64,000 nucleotides of DNA from Tepidisphaera sp. (GCA_050916045.1 CP051526.1:960001-1024000), one strand, 5' to 3'. Shown: positions 1-9,487, numbered from the stretch's first letter. Notes: generated by a model not told the origin, from the sequence alone. Numbers and translations are program-made.

Positions 1-48
1 TGGGGGAGGGCTGGGAGCGGGGGATTTGGGGGGGTGTGGGGGTGGGGG

Positions 49-1515
49 TTAGGGCCAGAGGGTGCGGCGGATTTCGGCGAAGGAGCTTTGGCGCAGGAAC
101 TGCCCATCCCGCCAGACGGGGGTCAGGAGCGATGCGGCTTCCTGGGCGGGGGTGGCTCGCTCGACCACGCGGAGGCTGGTGCTCGCGGCGGCGCTGTCGC
201 GGACGACCGCGAGTCTGCCGGTGGCGGAGAATTTGGTGCCGCTGTCGGTGATGGGCTTCTTGAAGAGGTCGCGGCCGGTGCCGCCGACGTCCGCCCATGT
301 TGCTTTCATCGCAAAGCCGTAGGTGTCGCGGGTGACATATTGGTAGGAATACGAGCCCACGCCGAAGACCATGTTGGTGGAGGCGAAGCCCTTGGCGGCG
401 AGGCGCTGGCAGATCGCTTCGGCACGCTCGAAGGTGATCGCATCGCCGTAGATCACGCCCACGTGCGGGTCGAGCTGGCGGTGGCCGGTCGAGGTGGTGG
501 TTCCGCCGAAGACATCCCAGAGCAGTTCGACCACGCCCTTTTTCGCCGGGCCCTCCTTCTCCGGGTCGCCGCAGACGATGAGCGTCGGGTCGCCCGAGTC
601 GGGGCGGATCACGACCTTGCCTTCGCGGGCCATGATGCGCGGCTTGAGCGCGGGGAGGATCGAGGTGCAGACGTTCCAGAGGTCCCAGGTGTCGGAGACG
701 ATCGAGACGATGCCCGAGGGGTAGAGCCCGAGGATGTGCTCGAAGGTGTCGCGCTCGCTTCGCTCGCCGCCGGCGGACATGACGGAGTGTTCGGTCGCGG
801 CGACGGAGCCGCCGATGAGGCCGTTGCCCCTTCCGGGTTCGCGGGCGGGGTAGTACCGCTCGATGAACTCGATCGCGGGGATCGTGTCGGTGCCGGTGAA
901 GGAGAGGAGGTGGCCCGCGCCCGAGAGGCACGCGGCTTCGGGGCCGGGCATGCCGCGCATCGAGAAGTCGTGGCCCTGCCAGGGAACGAAGTTCGGGTCC
1001 CCGCCGGTCTTCGCGGCGGCCTGGTTGAGGAGCGTGCGGAGGCGGTAGGCGCTGGTCGCGGAGGTGCACGGCATCCAGAGCACCGAGGAGATCAGCGTCT
1101 CGAAGTAGTTCACGAGCCAGCCGAAGCCCTCGTGCGTGTTCTCGACCGTGAGCATCGGGACGCGGAGCGGGCAGAGCGTCCCTTCGGGCAGGGCGCGGAA
1201 CTCAAGCGGCAGGTGGCCGAGCTCGTGCAGGTCACGGATGTGGCCCGTGCCGATCTGGTTGGGCCCGAGGTAGGAGTTGACGCGGCCGAGGTACGAGGCG
1301 CAGACGTCCTCGGGCGGCCGGCCGAAGAACTCGCGGTTCATCTCGTCCACGAGGTAACGCTGCAGGAAAGCCTGCAGGCCGAAGAAGACCACGCGGTCCT
1401 GGCCGGGGACACGGGAGGAACGCGGGGTCCAGTTGGAATAGACGCGGCGCGTGTCCTCGGGGTACTGGCGGCGATGGTCGAGCTTGTATCCGTCGATGAG
1501 CGTGATGGGGTTCAT
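49..1515 (-). CDS. nadV: Nicotinamide phosphoribosyltransferase family protein (NadV/Nampt or Namat-like)
   Basis: 488 aa. Nampt-fold motifs DGYKLDH..QYP, HDFSMRG, GTDT, AATEHSVM, VSDTWD, VIRPDSGDP, IYGDAIT, FGVGS, TRDTYGFAMKAT. Start overlaps the stop of the upstream prs-like gene (ATGA). Confidence 0.9.
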   Translation of the reverse strand: MNPITLIDGYKLDHRRQYPEDTRRVYSNWTPRSSRVPGQDRVVFFGLQAFLQRYLVDEMNREFFGRPPEDVCASYLGRVNSYLGPNQIGTGHIRDLHELGHLPLEFRALPEGTLCPLRVPMLTVENTHEGFGWLVNYFETLISSVLWMPCTSATSAYRLRTLLNQAAAKTGGDPNFVPWQGHDFSMRGMPGPEAACLSGAGHLLSFTGTDTIPAIEFIERYYPAREPGRGNGLIGGSVAATEHSVMSAGGERSERDTFEHILGLYPSGIVSIVSDTWDLWNVCTSILPALKPRIMAREGKVVIRPDSGDPTLIVCGDPEKEGPAKKGVVELLWDVFGGTTTSTGHRQLDPHVGVIYGDAITFERAEAICQRLAAKGFASTNMVFGVGSYSYQYVTRDTYGFAMKATWADVGGTGRDLFKKPITDSGTKFSATGRLAVVRDSAAASTSLRVVERATPAQEAASLLTPVWRDGQFLRQSSFAEIRRTLWP

Positions 1516-2363
1516 GAAGCGATCCTCCTTCGCATGGCGGCGGCGGCGAGGCCGTGGACCTGGGTGCGGTGGACGCTCGCGGGCGGGATGCTCGCGAGCG
1601 GGAACGAGTCGGTGGTGTGGATGCGGTCAAAGCGAGCGAGCAGAGCGTCAAAGCCCTTGGAGAAGATCCCGTGCGAGACCCAGAGATCGAGCTTGGTGGC
1701 GGCATCGGGCTTGATCGCTTCGGCGAGGCCGATGAAGGTCGCGCCGCCGTCGCAGATGTCGTCGACGACGAGATAGCGACCGGCGGTCGGGAGCGGGTCG
1801 CACTGGAAGCCCGTGAGGGCGCCGGTCCGCGTGTTGCGGGCTTTGCGAGCGTGGACCACCGTGTCGATGTTCAGGGCCCGCGCTGCGGCGTGGACACGCT
1901 TCTCCGCTCCGGCGTCGGGGACGATGAAGCCCGCGTAGCCGCGCACGTCGGGCATCGCCTGGTGCCCGTGGATGATCTCGACATCGAGGCACGCGGCGAG
2001 GACGTCCGAGTGAGGGTCGAGGGTCACGATGACGTCGAGACTGAGGCGTTTGAGGGCTTCGGTGTAGATCGTGAGGGTGAAGGGCGTGCCCGGCTGGCGG
2101 CGGTCCTGGCGAGCGGCGGGGAAGTAGGGGAGGAAGAGCCCAAGCCGTTTCGGGCGACAGGCCCGCACCGCGTCGAGCACGGCGAGGGTGCGGAGGAATC
2201 CGTCGGCGGTGGCGAGTCGAGCATCGACCCAGAGGTAGCGGTCGGCGATCGTCGCGGGGTCGAGTTGTACGTGCGGCTCGCCGCCCGAGAAGGTAAACGG
2301 GGAGCAAGGGAGGTCCTCGCGTTCGCCGGCGTAGACGTCGTGGAGCGTGATTCGATCGTTCAT
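1512..2363 (-). CDS. prs: Ribose-phosphate pyrophosphokinase-like protein (divergent Prs / Adps-like)
   Basis: 283 aa. Motifs FSGGEPHV, PYFPAARQDRR, LDPHS, PDAGA, KAR, VDDICDGGATF (PRT loop), SHGIFSKG. RBS AGGAG upstream. Confidence 0.85.
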   Translation of the reverse strand: MNDRITLHDVYAGEREDLPCSPFTFSGGEPHVQLDPATIADRYLWVDARLATADGFLRTLAVLDAVRACRPKRLGLFLPYFPAARQDRRQPGTPFTLTIYTEALKRLSLDVIVTLDPHSDVLAACLDVEIIHGHQAMPDVRGYAGFIVPDAGAEKRVHAAARALNIDTVVHARKARNTRTGALTGFQCDPLPTAGRYLVVDDICDGGATFIGLAEAIKPDAATKLDLWVSHGIFSKGFDALLARFDRIHTTDSFPLASIPPASVHRTQVHGLAAAAMRRRIAS

Positions 2364-2374
2364 GGAAATCTCCT

Positions 2375-3136
2375 TCAGCGAGAGGCTTTGGGCTTGTATC
2401 GGTAGAGCTCCGCGGGTCGGTGCTCGACGGCGGATTCGAGAGTTCCGGTGGCGTGGAGCTCGCCGGTGGCGAGCATGCGGCGGCGGAAGGAGTCCTTGTT
2501 CAGCTTTCCGCCGAGAATCGTCTCGTGGACGTCCTGCAACTGTCGGAGCGTGAATTCCCGGCCAAGCAGTTCATAGCCGATGGGCGTGTACGCCAGCTTG
2601 CCGCGGAGGCGTTTAACGGCGAGGCCGAGGATCTCGGAGTGGTCGAAAGCGAGTGGCAGTGTGTCGTCGGCGCTGTCGAGAGCTTCGGCCGGGCCGCCCG
2701 TCTCGCCCTTCCAGGCGGTCTTGAGGCGGGCGATGAGCTTGTCGTGCTCGCCTTCGCCCAAGGCTGCTTTCAGGCGTGCGGGTTCGACCAACGCCACATA
2801 AGCCACTGAGATGACGCGCGTTCGCGGATCTCGGGAAGGGAGGCCGAAGGTGTAGAGCTGTTCAAGAAAGACGCCGGCTAGACCGGCTTTGTCGCGAAGC
2901 ACTCGCTCGCACGTGGCTTCGAGAGACTCGGCAGGACCGACGAAACCTCCGGGGAGGGACCAGCGTCCTTTGAAGGGGTGGTCTCCGCGTTTGGTGAGCA
3001 GGACGCGGAGTTCGTGATCGCGAACGGTGAGGAGTACGAGATCGACCGCGACGCTGGGGCGAGGAAACTGGTCGGGGTCGTAGCTTGCAAGGAAGGCAGC
3101 TTCGTCGGTCGCGGGTTGGGCATGGCTGCGGGGCAT
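2375..3136 (-). CDS. nrtR: NrtR-family Nudix/winged-helix transcriptional regulator (ADP-ribose responsive)
   Basis: PSVAVDLV, WSLPGGFV, degenerate Nudix box lacking catalytic Glu (ESLEATCERVLRDKAG), LEQLYTFG..RDPR.RVISVAY, LAFDH, C-terminal wHTH FTLRQLQ..E..LG...NKDSFRR..RPAELY. Start set at ATG 3136 (GAGG RBS and promoter position). Confidence 0.92.
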   Translation of the reverse strand: MPRSHAQPATDEAAFLASYDPDQFPRPSVAVDLVLLTVRDHELRVLLTKRGDHPFKGRWSLPGGFVGPAESLEATCERVLRDKAGLAGVFLEQLYTFGLPSRDPRTRVISVAYVALVEPARLKAALGEGEHDKLIARLKTAWKGETGGPAEALDSADDTLPLAFDHSEILGLAVKRLRGKLAYTPIGYELLGREFTLRQLQDVHETILGGKLNKDSFRRRMLATGELHATGTLESAVEHRPAELYRYKPKASR

Positions 3137-3147
3137 GGCACCTCTTC

Positions 3148-3185
3148 GATGCGACGAGCATATATGCATGACGCATCTATGTCAA
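3148..3185 (-). promoter_or_regulatory. Sigma70-type promoter with overlapping 30-bp palindromic operator (candidate NrtR site)
   Basis: Minus strand reads TTGACA (3185-3180), 17 nt, TATGCT (3162-3157). Palindrome GATGCGACGAGCATATATGCATGACGCATC at 3148-3177 has 12/15 symmetric pairs and covers the -10 box. Confidence 0.75.
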
Positions 3186-3486
3186 GTCGCCCGGATCACG
3201 GTTTCTTGCCGAGCGGGTGGCCCGGGCGATCTCAGTGCGAGCGAGCTTGGGCGTGGTGGCAATTTGAATCCACCGGCCCCGGTAGGGCGGGGCGGATTTG
3301 GTCCGCACTTATGGGAACGGCCGCGATGTGGCCGCTCGAAACGCGATACGCCTGTTTAGGTAATTCTCTGGTTCTGCAACAAACGTCCGATCAGAGCGTT
3401 GAATAGGCTGCGGGGGGCTGAGGGCTCCGGGTGCCTGTGCGCTCGTGGGGTTTTGGTTGGTCCTTTTCTTGAACTGGAGATTCGGC

Positions 3487-4875
3487 ATGCTCAGGACGCT
3501 TGTGGCTGGTTGTGTGAAGGGTGCGGGTCGGATGGTGATGGCCGCGGGGCTGGCGGTGGCCGCGATCGCGGTGACCGTGCCCACGACGCAGGTCATGGCT
3601 CAGCCGGGTGGTGGCATGGGCATGTGGGGCATGTTCGGCGGCGGCATGGGCGGCGGGCGCGGGCAGGGGATGGACCCCTCCTACACCTCGCGCGACCTGG
3701 ACCGGGCGGGCGAGATGCTCGGCTTTGACGCGTCGCAGAAGGAAGCCGCCAAGACCTTCCTCGACAGCTACCAGACCTCCTTCACGGAAGAGTCCGCCAA
3801 GTTCCAGAAAGCCATGGAGAAAGCCCGCGAGGCTTTCCGTGAAGATCAGGACCCCTCCGCGTGGGACGGCGTCCGCAAGGCCGGCGAAGAACTCGCCGCC
3901 GCCCGCAAGAAGCTCGACGCCGAGTTCGTCGAGAACCTCCAGGCCGTCTGCAACGACGATCAGAAAGCCAAGTGGCCCAAGTACGAGCGCACCCAGCGCC
4001 GCGAGGCCGGGCTTGAGAACGGCGCGTTCCTCTCCGGCGAGCGCGTCAACGTCATCACGATCCTCGACAAGATGGAACTCTCGACCGAGGTCAAGGGCAG
4101 CCTCGCGGGCGTGATCGACCAGTACGAGACGGACCTGGACCGCGAGCTCGTCAACCGCCAGAAGGTGCAGGAAGAGCTGCGGACGGACGCTCAGAAGATC
4201 TTTGGGAACATGCGCGGGATGCGCGACCTGCAGAACCTGGACACGACCAAGATCGATGAACTGATCACCAAGGGCCGCGACGCCAGCGTCCGCGTCCGCG
4301 ACGTGAACAACAAGTACGCCAAGCAGATCGAGGGGATGCTCCCCGTCGACAGCCGCGCGGCGTTCTCCGAAGAGGTCAAGAAGGCGAGCTTCCCCGAGGT
4401 CTACCGCCAGACGCGGACGGCCCGGTCGCTCGAAGCGGCGATGGGGTTCGGCGATCTGACGGCGGACCAGAAGACGCAGATCGAAGCGATCAAGACCAAG
4501 TACTCGGCCGACCTTGTGCCGATGAACGAGAAGATGGCCGAGGCGCAGGCCAAGACCGAGATGGAGCTCAACGCCGAGAAGATGATGAACTTCATGGACC
4601 AGGACAACCCGGTCAATGAGCTTCGCCGCAAGAAGCGCGAGCTTGGCAGCGCGGCGGATGAGAGCCTCAAGAAGATCCTGACTGAGGATCAGGTCAAGCG
4701 TCTGCCGGCGGATCAGGGCGGCGATGGCGATCGTCGCGGTCGGGGCGGCCCGGGTGGTGGCGGGGGCGGTGGCGATGCAGGCCCGCGTCGTCCCAACGGC
4801 GGCGGGGCTGACAACGGCGGTGGCGGCCGTCGTGGTGGAGGAGGCGGTGGCGGCGGTGGTGGTGGTGGCTTCTAA
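3487..4875 (+). CDS. Exported alpha-helical protein with Spy/CpxP-like LTxxQ motifs, Gly-rich tail
   Basis: GGAGA RBS before ATG 3487; signal-like N-terminus ending VMA-Q; charged helical body; LTADQ and LTEDQ motifs; poly-Gly C-terminus. Confidence 0.6.
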   Translation: MLRTLVAGCVKGAGRMVMAAGLAVAAIAVTVPTTQVMAQPGGGMGMWGMFGGGMGGGRGQGMDPSYTSRDLDRAGEMLGFDASQKEAAKTFLDSYQTSFTEESAKFQKAMEKAREAFREDQDPSAWDGVRKAGEELAAARKKLDAEFVENLQAVCNDDQKAKWPKYERTQRREAGLENGAFLSGERVNVITILDKMELSTEVKGSLAGVIDQYETDLDRELVNRQKVQEELRTDAQKIFGNMRGMRDLQNLDTTKIDELITKGRDASVRVRDVNNKYAKQIEGMLPVDSRAAFSEEVKKASFPEVYRQTRTARSLEAAMGFGDLTADQKTQIEAIKTKYSADLVPMNEKMAEAQAKTEMELNAEKMMNFMDQDNPVNELRRKKRELGSAADESLKKILTEDQVKRLPADQGGDGDRRGRGGPGGGGGGGDAGPRRPNGGGADNGGGGRRGGGGGGGGGGGGF

Positions 4876-4890
4876 GGGTTGAAGTCGAAC

Positions 4891-4926
4891 ACCGGACCGG
4901 GCAAACGCCCGGTCCGGTTTGTTTTT
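4891..4926 (+). terminator. Rho-independent terminator
   Basis: 12-bp stem ACCGGACCGGGC, loop AAAC, GCCCGGTCCGGT, followed by TTGTTTTT, 15 nt after the stop. Confidence 0.8.
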
Positions 4927-5020
4927 CTGGAGTTCGTGACGGACGGGCGGTGGCGGCGCATCCGGGATGGGGTCCGGGAGGGCGGGGGATGGCGGCGGGG
5001 ATCTTTTTGGAGGCTTTCCC

Positions 5021-6364
5021 ATGGCTGGTGCATCGCTTTTCGTCCTTCCGCGTTCCGTCCGTTCAGGCTTGTCCCGTCCGCGCCTTTCCCGGGTACTGAT
5101 CGCGGCGATGGTCGCGTCGGCGGGGATGTCGGTTCTCGCGCCCCAGGCTTCGGGGCAGGTGATCCAGAGTGGGGGAGCTTCGTTCGGGGTTTCGGGCGGC
5201 GGGCCGGGGGGTTCCGGGCGGACCATCACGGGCCCGATGCTCGACAAGTATGCCGGCGTGCTGGGGCTGGACGCGGCGCAGAAGGATGCCGCGAAGACGT
5301 TCCATGAGGAGTACCAGCGTCGCATCGGGGAGGCCGACAAGTCCTCGGTGGACGCTCGCAAGAAGATGCGGGAGATGATGGAGGATGGGGACCAGCAGGC
5401 CGCGATGAAGAAGCTGGGCGAGATGATGGGCGAGAGCGCCAAGATCCGCCAGGAAGCCACGACGCAGCTGATCTCCAACCTGAAGGATGTGCTCACGGAG
5501 GGCCAGGCTCCGGCGTGGGAGCGGTTCGAGCGGCTTCGCCGTCGCGAGTCCATCGGCGGCATGGGGTTCGGGATGGCCAGCGGCGCGACGGTCGATCTGA
5601 CGGACGTGATCGACACGATCAAGCTGCCCGAGGGTGAGAAAGCCAAAATCGCGGGCACGGTCGACCAGTATGAGCGGGAGATGGACGTCGCGATCCGCAA
5701 CTACGAGTCCTTCCAGGCCAAGCAGGCCGAGGAAGAGATGAAGGACGCCAAGGACGCCAAGGAAGGGGAGCCCGTCATCAGTTTTGACATGGCGAAGATG
5801 CAGGAGCGGATGGCCGCGATGCAGAAGGAGTCCGCCAAGCTGCGCGATGTGAACGCTTCGCACGTCCGAAAGATGGGCGAGAGCCTCCCGGAAGAATGGA
5901 AGAAGAGGCTCGAGAAGGAATGGATGGCTCGCGCGTACCGGCGGATCTTCGGCGAGTCGCACACGACCAAGCAGCTCAAGACCGCGGTGGGCTTCGGGGA
6001 CCTGAGCCCCGAGCAGAAAGCCAAGGTTACCGAGATGATGGAGTCGTACGCGAAGGACCTGGAAGCCGTGAACCAGCGGTGGCTTGAGGAGCAGCAGAAA
6101 GCCGAATCCGAGGGATCGGTGAATCCGTTGCCGCTGATGGGTGATGATGGCACGCCGGAGGGGCTGAAGAAGGCTCGTCAGGCTCGCCGGGATTTGGACA
6201 CGCGGTTCAGCAAGCAGCTCCGCGAGATGCTGACGGAGGAGCAGCGTGAGCGGCTTCCCAAGCGTCAGGGGGGCGGGATCATGGGCGGGGAAGGGATGGA
6301 AATCTTCACCTCCGATGACTTTGGCGGGGGCAATGTGGAGATCCAGGTGATCGGCCCGAGCTGA
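5021..6364 (+). CDS. Exported alpha-helical LTxxQ protein, paralog of 3487..4875
   Basis: GGAGG RBS; signal-like segment; blocks shared with the upstream gene (LG.DA.QK.AAKTF, W..FER..RRE, DQYE...D, A.GFGDL...QK, LTEEQ..RLP). Confidence 0.6.
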   Translation: MAGASLFVLPRSVRSGLSRPRLSRVLIAAMVASAGMSVLAPQASGQVIQSGGASFGVSGGGPGGSGRTITGPMLDKYAGVLGLDAAQKDAAKTFHEEYQRRIGEADKSSVDARKKMREMMEDGDQQAAMKKLGEMMGESAKIRQEATTQLISNLKDVLTEGQAPAWERFERLRRRESIGGMGFGMASGATVDLTDVIDTIKLPEGEKAKIAGTVDQYEREMDVAIRNYESFQAKQAEEEMKDAKDAKEGEPVISFDMAKMQERMAAMQKESAKLRDVNASHVRKMGESLPEEWKKRLEKEWMARAYRRIFGESHTTKQLKTAVGFGDLSPEQKAKVTEMMESYAKDLEAVNQRWLEEQQKAESEGSVNPLPLMGDDGTPEGLKKARQARRDLDTRFSKQLREMLTEEQRERLPKRQGGGIMGGEGMEIFTSDDFGGGNVEIQVIGPS

Positions 6365-6661
6365 TTTGGCGAAAGAACGCAACCGCCGGGCCGCTCGCCC
6401 GGTATGGAAGCTGCACCGTCATGGCGGTCTGTCTGGTTCTCATCCGGGGAAGCGGGCGGAAGGCTCATGAAGGGTGCGTGCGGGCTGGCGGGAATGGCGG
6501 TGAGGGTGGTGGGGGGCAGATAGCCCTGAGGCGTCGCGTGGGGCCAACGCCTCACAAACGTGTCGGGCGTTGCGTTTGGGGTTCTGTCGGAGCGGAATGG
6601 GCTATTCTGTGTGTGTTCTGACGCGAGCCCTTATCCCTTTTTGAGCACGGACCCGCTCCCG

Positions 6662-8236
6662 ATGCCTGAATCCACTGCCACCACCGCCGCCGGTTCTCCG
6701 GCTCCCGAGATCTTGACCGAAGCGCCCCCGACGGACGCGAAGGCGACGGTGCTGCTCACGCCCGAGCGGGCGGTCCGGCTTCGCGCGTGTCCGCTTCGCC
6801 TTGAGGGTGGGTCGCTGATCGTGGCGATGCTCGACCCCAACGACTTCGAAGCGGCGGACGAGGTGAGCGTGGTCACCGGGCGGCCGGTGGTGCCGGTTGG
6901 GATCGCGGAAGAGCCTTTCGAAGAGCTGATGCGCCGTTGCTATGGCACCACGGCGGCGGCCATGGCGGCGCGGCTTGGCGGGGGGGCTCAGGAAGAGGAC
7001 CTGCTGACGAGCAATCTGGAAGCCGTCGAGGCGGACGACCTGCACCGGATGGCCGAGCAGCCCTCGCTGATCAACCTGGTGAATCTCATCCTGCTCGAAG
7101 CGATCCGGGCTCGCGCGAGCGATGTGCACGTGGAGCCGTTCGAGAAGGAACTGAAGGTCAAGTACCGGATCGACGGAGTGCTGAAGGAACAGAGCCCGCC
7201 GCCGAAGCAGCTTCAGCCGGCGATCACGAGCCGCATCAAGATCATGTCGGGGATGAACATCGCGGAGCGGTACGTGCCGCAGGACGGGCACATCACGCTT
7301 CGGTACGAGGGAAGGAAAATCGACCTTCGCGTGTCGACGGTGCCGACGCTTTACGGCGAGAGCGTCGTGATGCGAATCCTGGACAAGGAGAGCATCCGGC
7401 TGGACCTCAAGAGCCTGGGCTTGCGGGATCAGGACCGGGCGGAGATCGCCCGCGTCATCAACGTGCCGCACGGGATGTTCCTGGTGACGGGCCCGACGGG
7501 AAGCGGCAAGACGACGACGCTTTACACCTGTCTGTCGATGGTGACGGACTCGACGAAGAAGATCATCACGATCGAGGACCCTGTTGAGTATGAGCTGGGC
7601 GGGGTGAATCAGATCCCGGTCAATCCCAAGCGGGGTTTGAGTTTCGCGACGGGCTTGCGGTCGATCTTGCGTCAGGATCCGGACATCGTGATGGTGGGCG
7701 AGATCCGCGACGGAGAGACGGCGGAGATCGCGGTGCGAGCGGCGCTGACGGGCCACATGATCTTTTCGACGCTCCACACGAACAACGCGGCGGCGGCGCC
7801 GGGGCGCATGCTTGACATGGGGATCGAGCCGTTCCTGCTGGCGAGCGTGATTGAAGGCGTGCTGGGGCAGCGGCTTGGGCGGCGCATCTGTCCGCATTGC
7901 GTCACGCAGACACCGCTTCCGGAAGAAGCGAGGCAGCGTTTGAGCGAGAGCGAGCTTGCGATGTTCGCGGGCGGGATGGCGTACAAGGGCGCGGGTTGTG
8001 AGAAGTGCGACGGGACGGGGTATAGCCGGCGCGTGGCGTTCTGTGAGCTTTTCACCGCCAATCCGGCGTTCAGGGCGGGGATCGGGAAGCGTCTGCCGGC
8101 GCACGAGCTTTCGAAGACGGCTCCGGAGCATTTCGTGACGATGCGTCGCGACGGGCTGATCAAAGCGGCTTCGGGGATGACGACGCTGGCGGAGGTTTTC
8201 CGCGCGACGCAGGACACCGACGAGGGGGCCGAGTAA
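6662..8236 (+). CDS. gspE: Type II secretion ATPase GspE (GspE/PilB family)
   Basis: ASDVHVEP, PQDG, Walker A GPTGSGKTTT, TIEDPVEY, LRQDPDIVMVGEIRD, TGH...STLH, Cys4 Zn motif CPHC...CEKC. Start estimated. Confidence 0.95.
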   Translation: MPESTATTAAGSPAPEILTEAPPTDAKATVLLTPERAVRLRACPLRLEGGSLIVAMLDPNDFEAADEVSVVTGRPVVPVGIAEEPFEELMRRCYGTTAAAMAARLGGGAQEEDLLTSNLEAVEADDLHRMAEQPSLINLVNLILLEAIRARASDVHVEPFEKELKVKYRIDGVLKEQSPPPKQLQPAITSRIKIMSGMNIAERYVPQDGHITLRYEGRKIDLRVSTVPTLYGESVVMRILDKESIRLDLKSLGLRDQDRAEIARVINVPHGMFLVTGPTGSGKTTTLYTCLSMVTDSTKKIITIEDPVEYELGGVNQIPVNPKRGLSFATGLRSILRQDPDIVMVGEIRDGETAEIAVRAALTGHMIFSTLHTNNAAAAPGRMLDMGIEPFLLASVIEGVLGQRLGRRICPHCVTQTPLPEEARQRLSESELAMFAGGMAYKGAGCEKCDGTGYSRRVAFCELFTANPAFRAGIGKRLPAHELSKTAPEHFVTMRRDGLIKAASGMTTLAEVFRATQDTDEGAE

Positions 8237-9487
8237 GTGGCGACGTTCCGTTACACCATGGCGGGGGGGGCGGCGGGCGGCGGCGGCACGGCGACGATCG
8301 ATGCGCCGGATCGCGCGGGCGCGATCCGCACGCTCCGGTCGCGCGGGGTGACGCCGGTCAAGATCGAGGCGCTCGCGGAGAATGGAGCGGTGATCGCGGC
8401 GCCGGCGGAAGGGCAGGCGGTGGCGGCGACTCCTCGTGCCAGCGGCGGGCGGATGGCGCTCGCGGATCTGGCGATGCTGATCCGTGAGCTTGCGACCGCG
8501 ATTTCGGCGGGGCTGCCGATGGTGCAGGCGCTGCGGACAATCGCGCGTTCGGGCCGCAAGCCCAAGCAGAAGGCGATTCTCGATCGCGTGATCGCGCGGA
8601 TCGAGGAGGGCAAGAGCCTCGCGGATGCGTGCGCGGCTGAGGGGCGGAGCTTTAATGACCTCACGATCAACCTCATGCGCGCGGGCGATGCCTCGGGCAA
8701 GCTGGACACGGTCTTGATGCAGGCGGCGGACCTGCTCGACCGCGATCTGAAGCTGCGTCGGAGCGTGCTTGCGGCGACGCTTTACCCGATGATCCTGGCG
8801 GGGCTGATCTCGATCGCGGTGCTTGTGATCGTGACGGTGATTGTGCCGAAGGTGGTGAAGAATCTGGGCGGCCAGTCGCTGGCGTCCTTGCCGTGGCCGA
8901 CGCGAGTGGTGCAGGGCGTGGCGGAGTTCTTCGGGACGTACTGGTGGGCGATTATCCCGGCGGCGATCGCGGCGGGGTACGGAGCGGCGTGGCTCTATCG
9001 TCAGCCGACGTTCCGCATGAAGTTCGACCGGACGCTGCTCAAGGCTCCGCTGATCGGGCGGGTGATGCGTGACGTGGCGGTGGCGCGGTTTACGCGGACG
9101 CTGGGGACGCTGACGTCCGCTGGGATTCCGGCGGTGATGGCGCTGCGGATCACGAAGGGGACGCTTGGCAACAAAGCGATGGAGAGCGTGATCGACCGCG
9201 TGTGCGAGCAGGTGTCGAGCGGTCAGACGCTGGCGGAACCGATGGAGAAGAGCGGGTACTTCCCGCCGATGCTGGTGCAGATCGTGAACCTCGGCGAGCG
9301 GTCGGGGCGGCTGGATCAATTGCTGAATCAGGCGGCGGGGGCGTTCGAGGATCGGACGGAGATGAGCGTGAAGCTGTTCATGACGGCGCTGCCGCCGCTG
9401 CTTGTGGTCGTGCTGGCGGGCGTCGTGGGATTTGTCGTGATGGCCATTCTGCTGCCTTTGCTGCAGATGCAGGAGAGTCTCGGATGA
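8237..9487 (+). CDS. gspF: Type II secretion inner-membrane platform protein GspF
   Basis: Two GspF repeats (GDASGKLD, GERSGRLD), LYP motif, 3 TM segments; directly follows gspE. Confidence 0.95.
   Translation: MATFRYTMAGGAAGGGGTATIDAPDRAGAIRTLRSRGVTPVKIEALAENGAVIAAPAEGQAVAATPRASGGRMALADLAMLIRELATAISAGLPMVQALRTIARSGRKPKQKAILDRVIARIEEGKSLADACAAEGRSFNDLTINLMRAGDASGKLDTVLMQAADLLDRDLKLRRSVLAATLYPMILAGLISIAVLVIVTVIVPKVVKNLGGQSLASLPWPTRVVQGVAEFFGTYWWAIIPAAIAAGYGAAWLYRQPTFRMKFDRTLLKAPLIGRVMRDVAVARFTRTLGTLTSAGIPAVMALRITKGTLGNKAMESVIDRVCEQVSSGQTLAEPMEKSGYFPPMLVQIVNLGERSGRLDQLLNQAAGAFEDRTEMSVKLFMTALPPLLVVVLAGVVGFVVMAILLPLLQMQESLG

Noticed and set aside
49..3136. Prophage origin for the NAD operon
   Set aside because: No phage structural, integrase or replication genes are visible and composition matches the host; the region left of the window is unseen.
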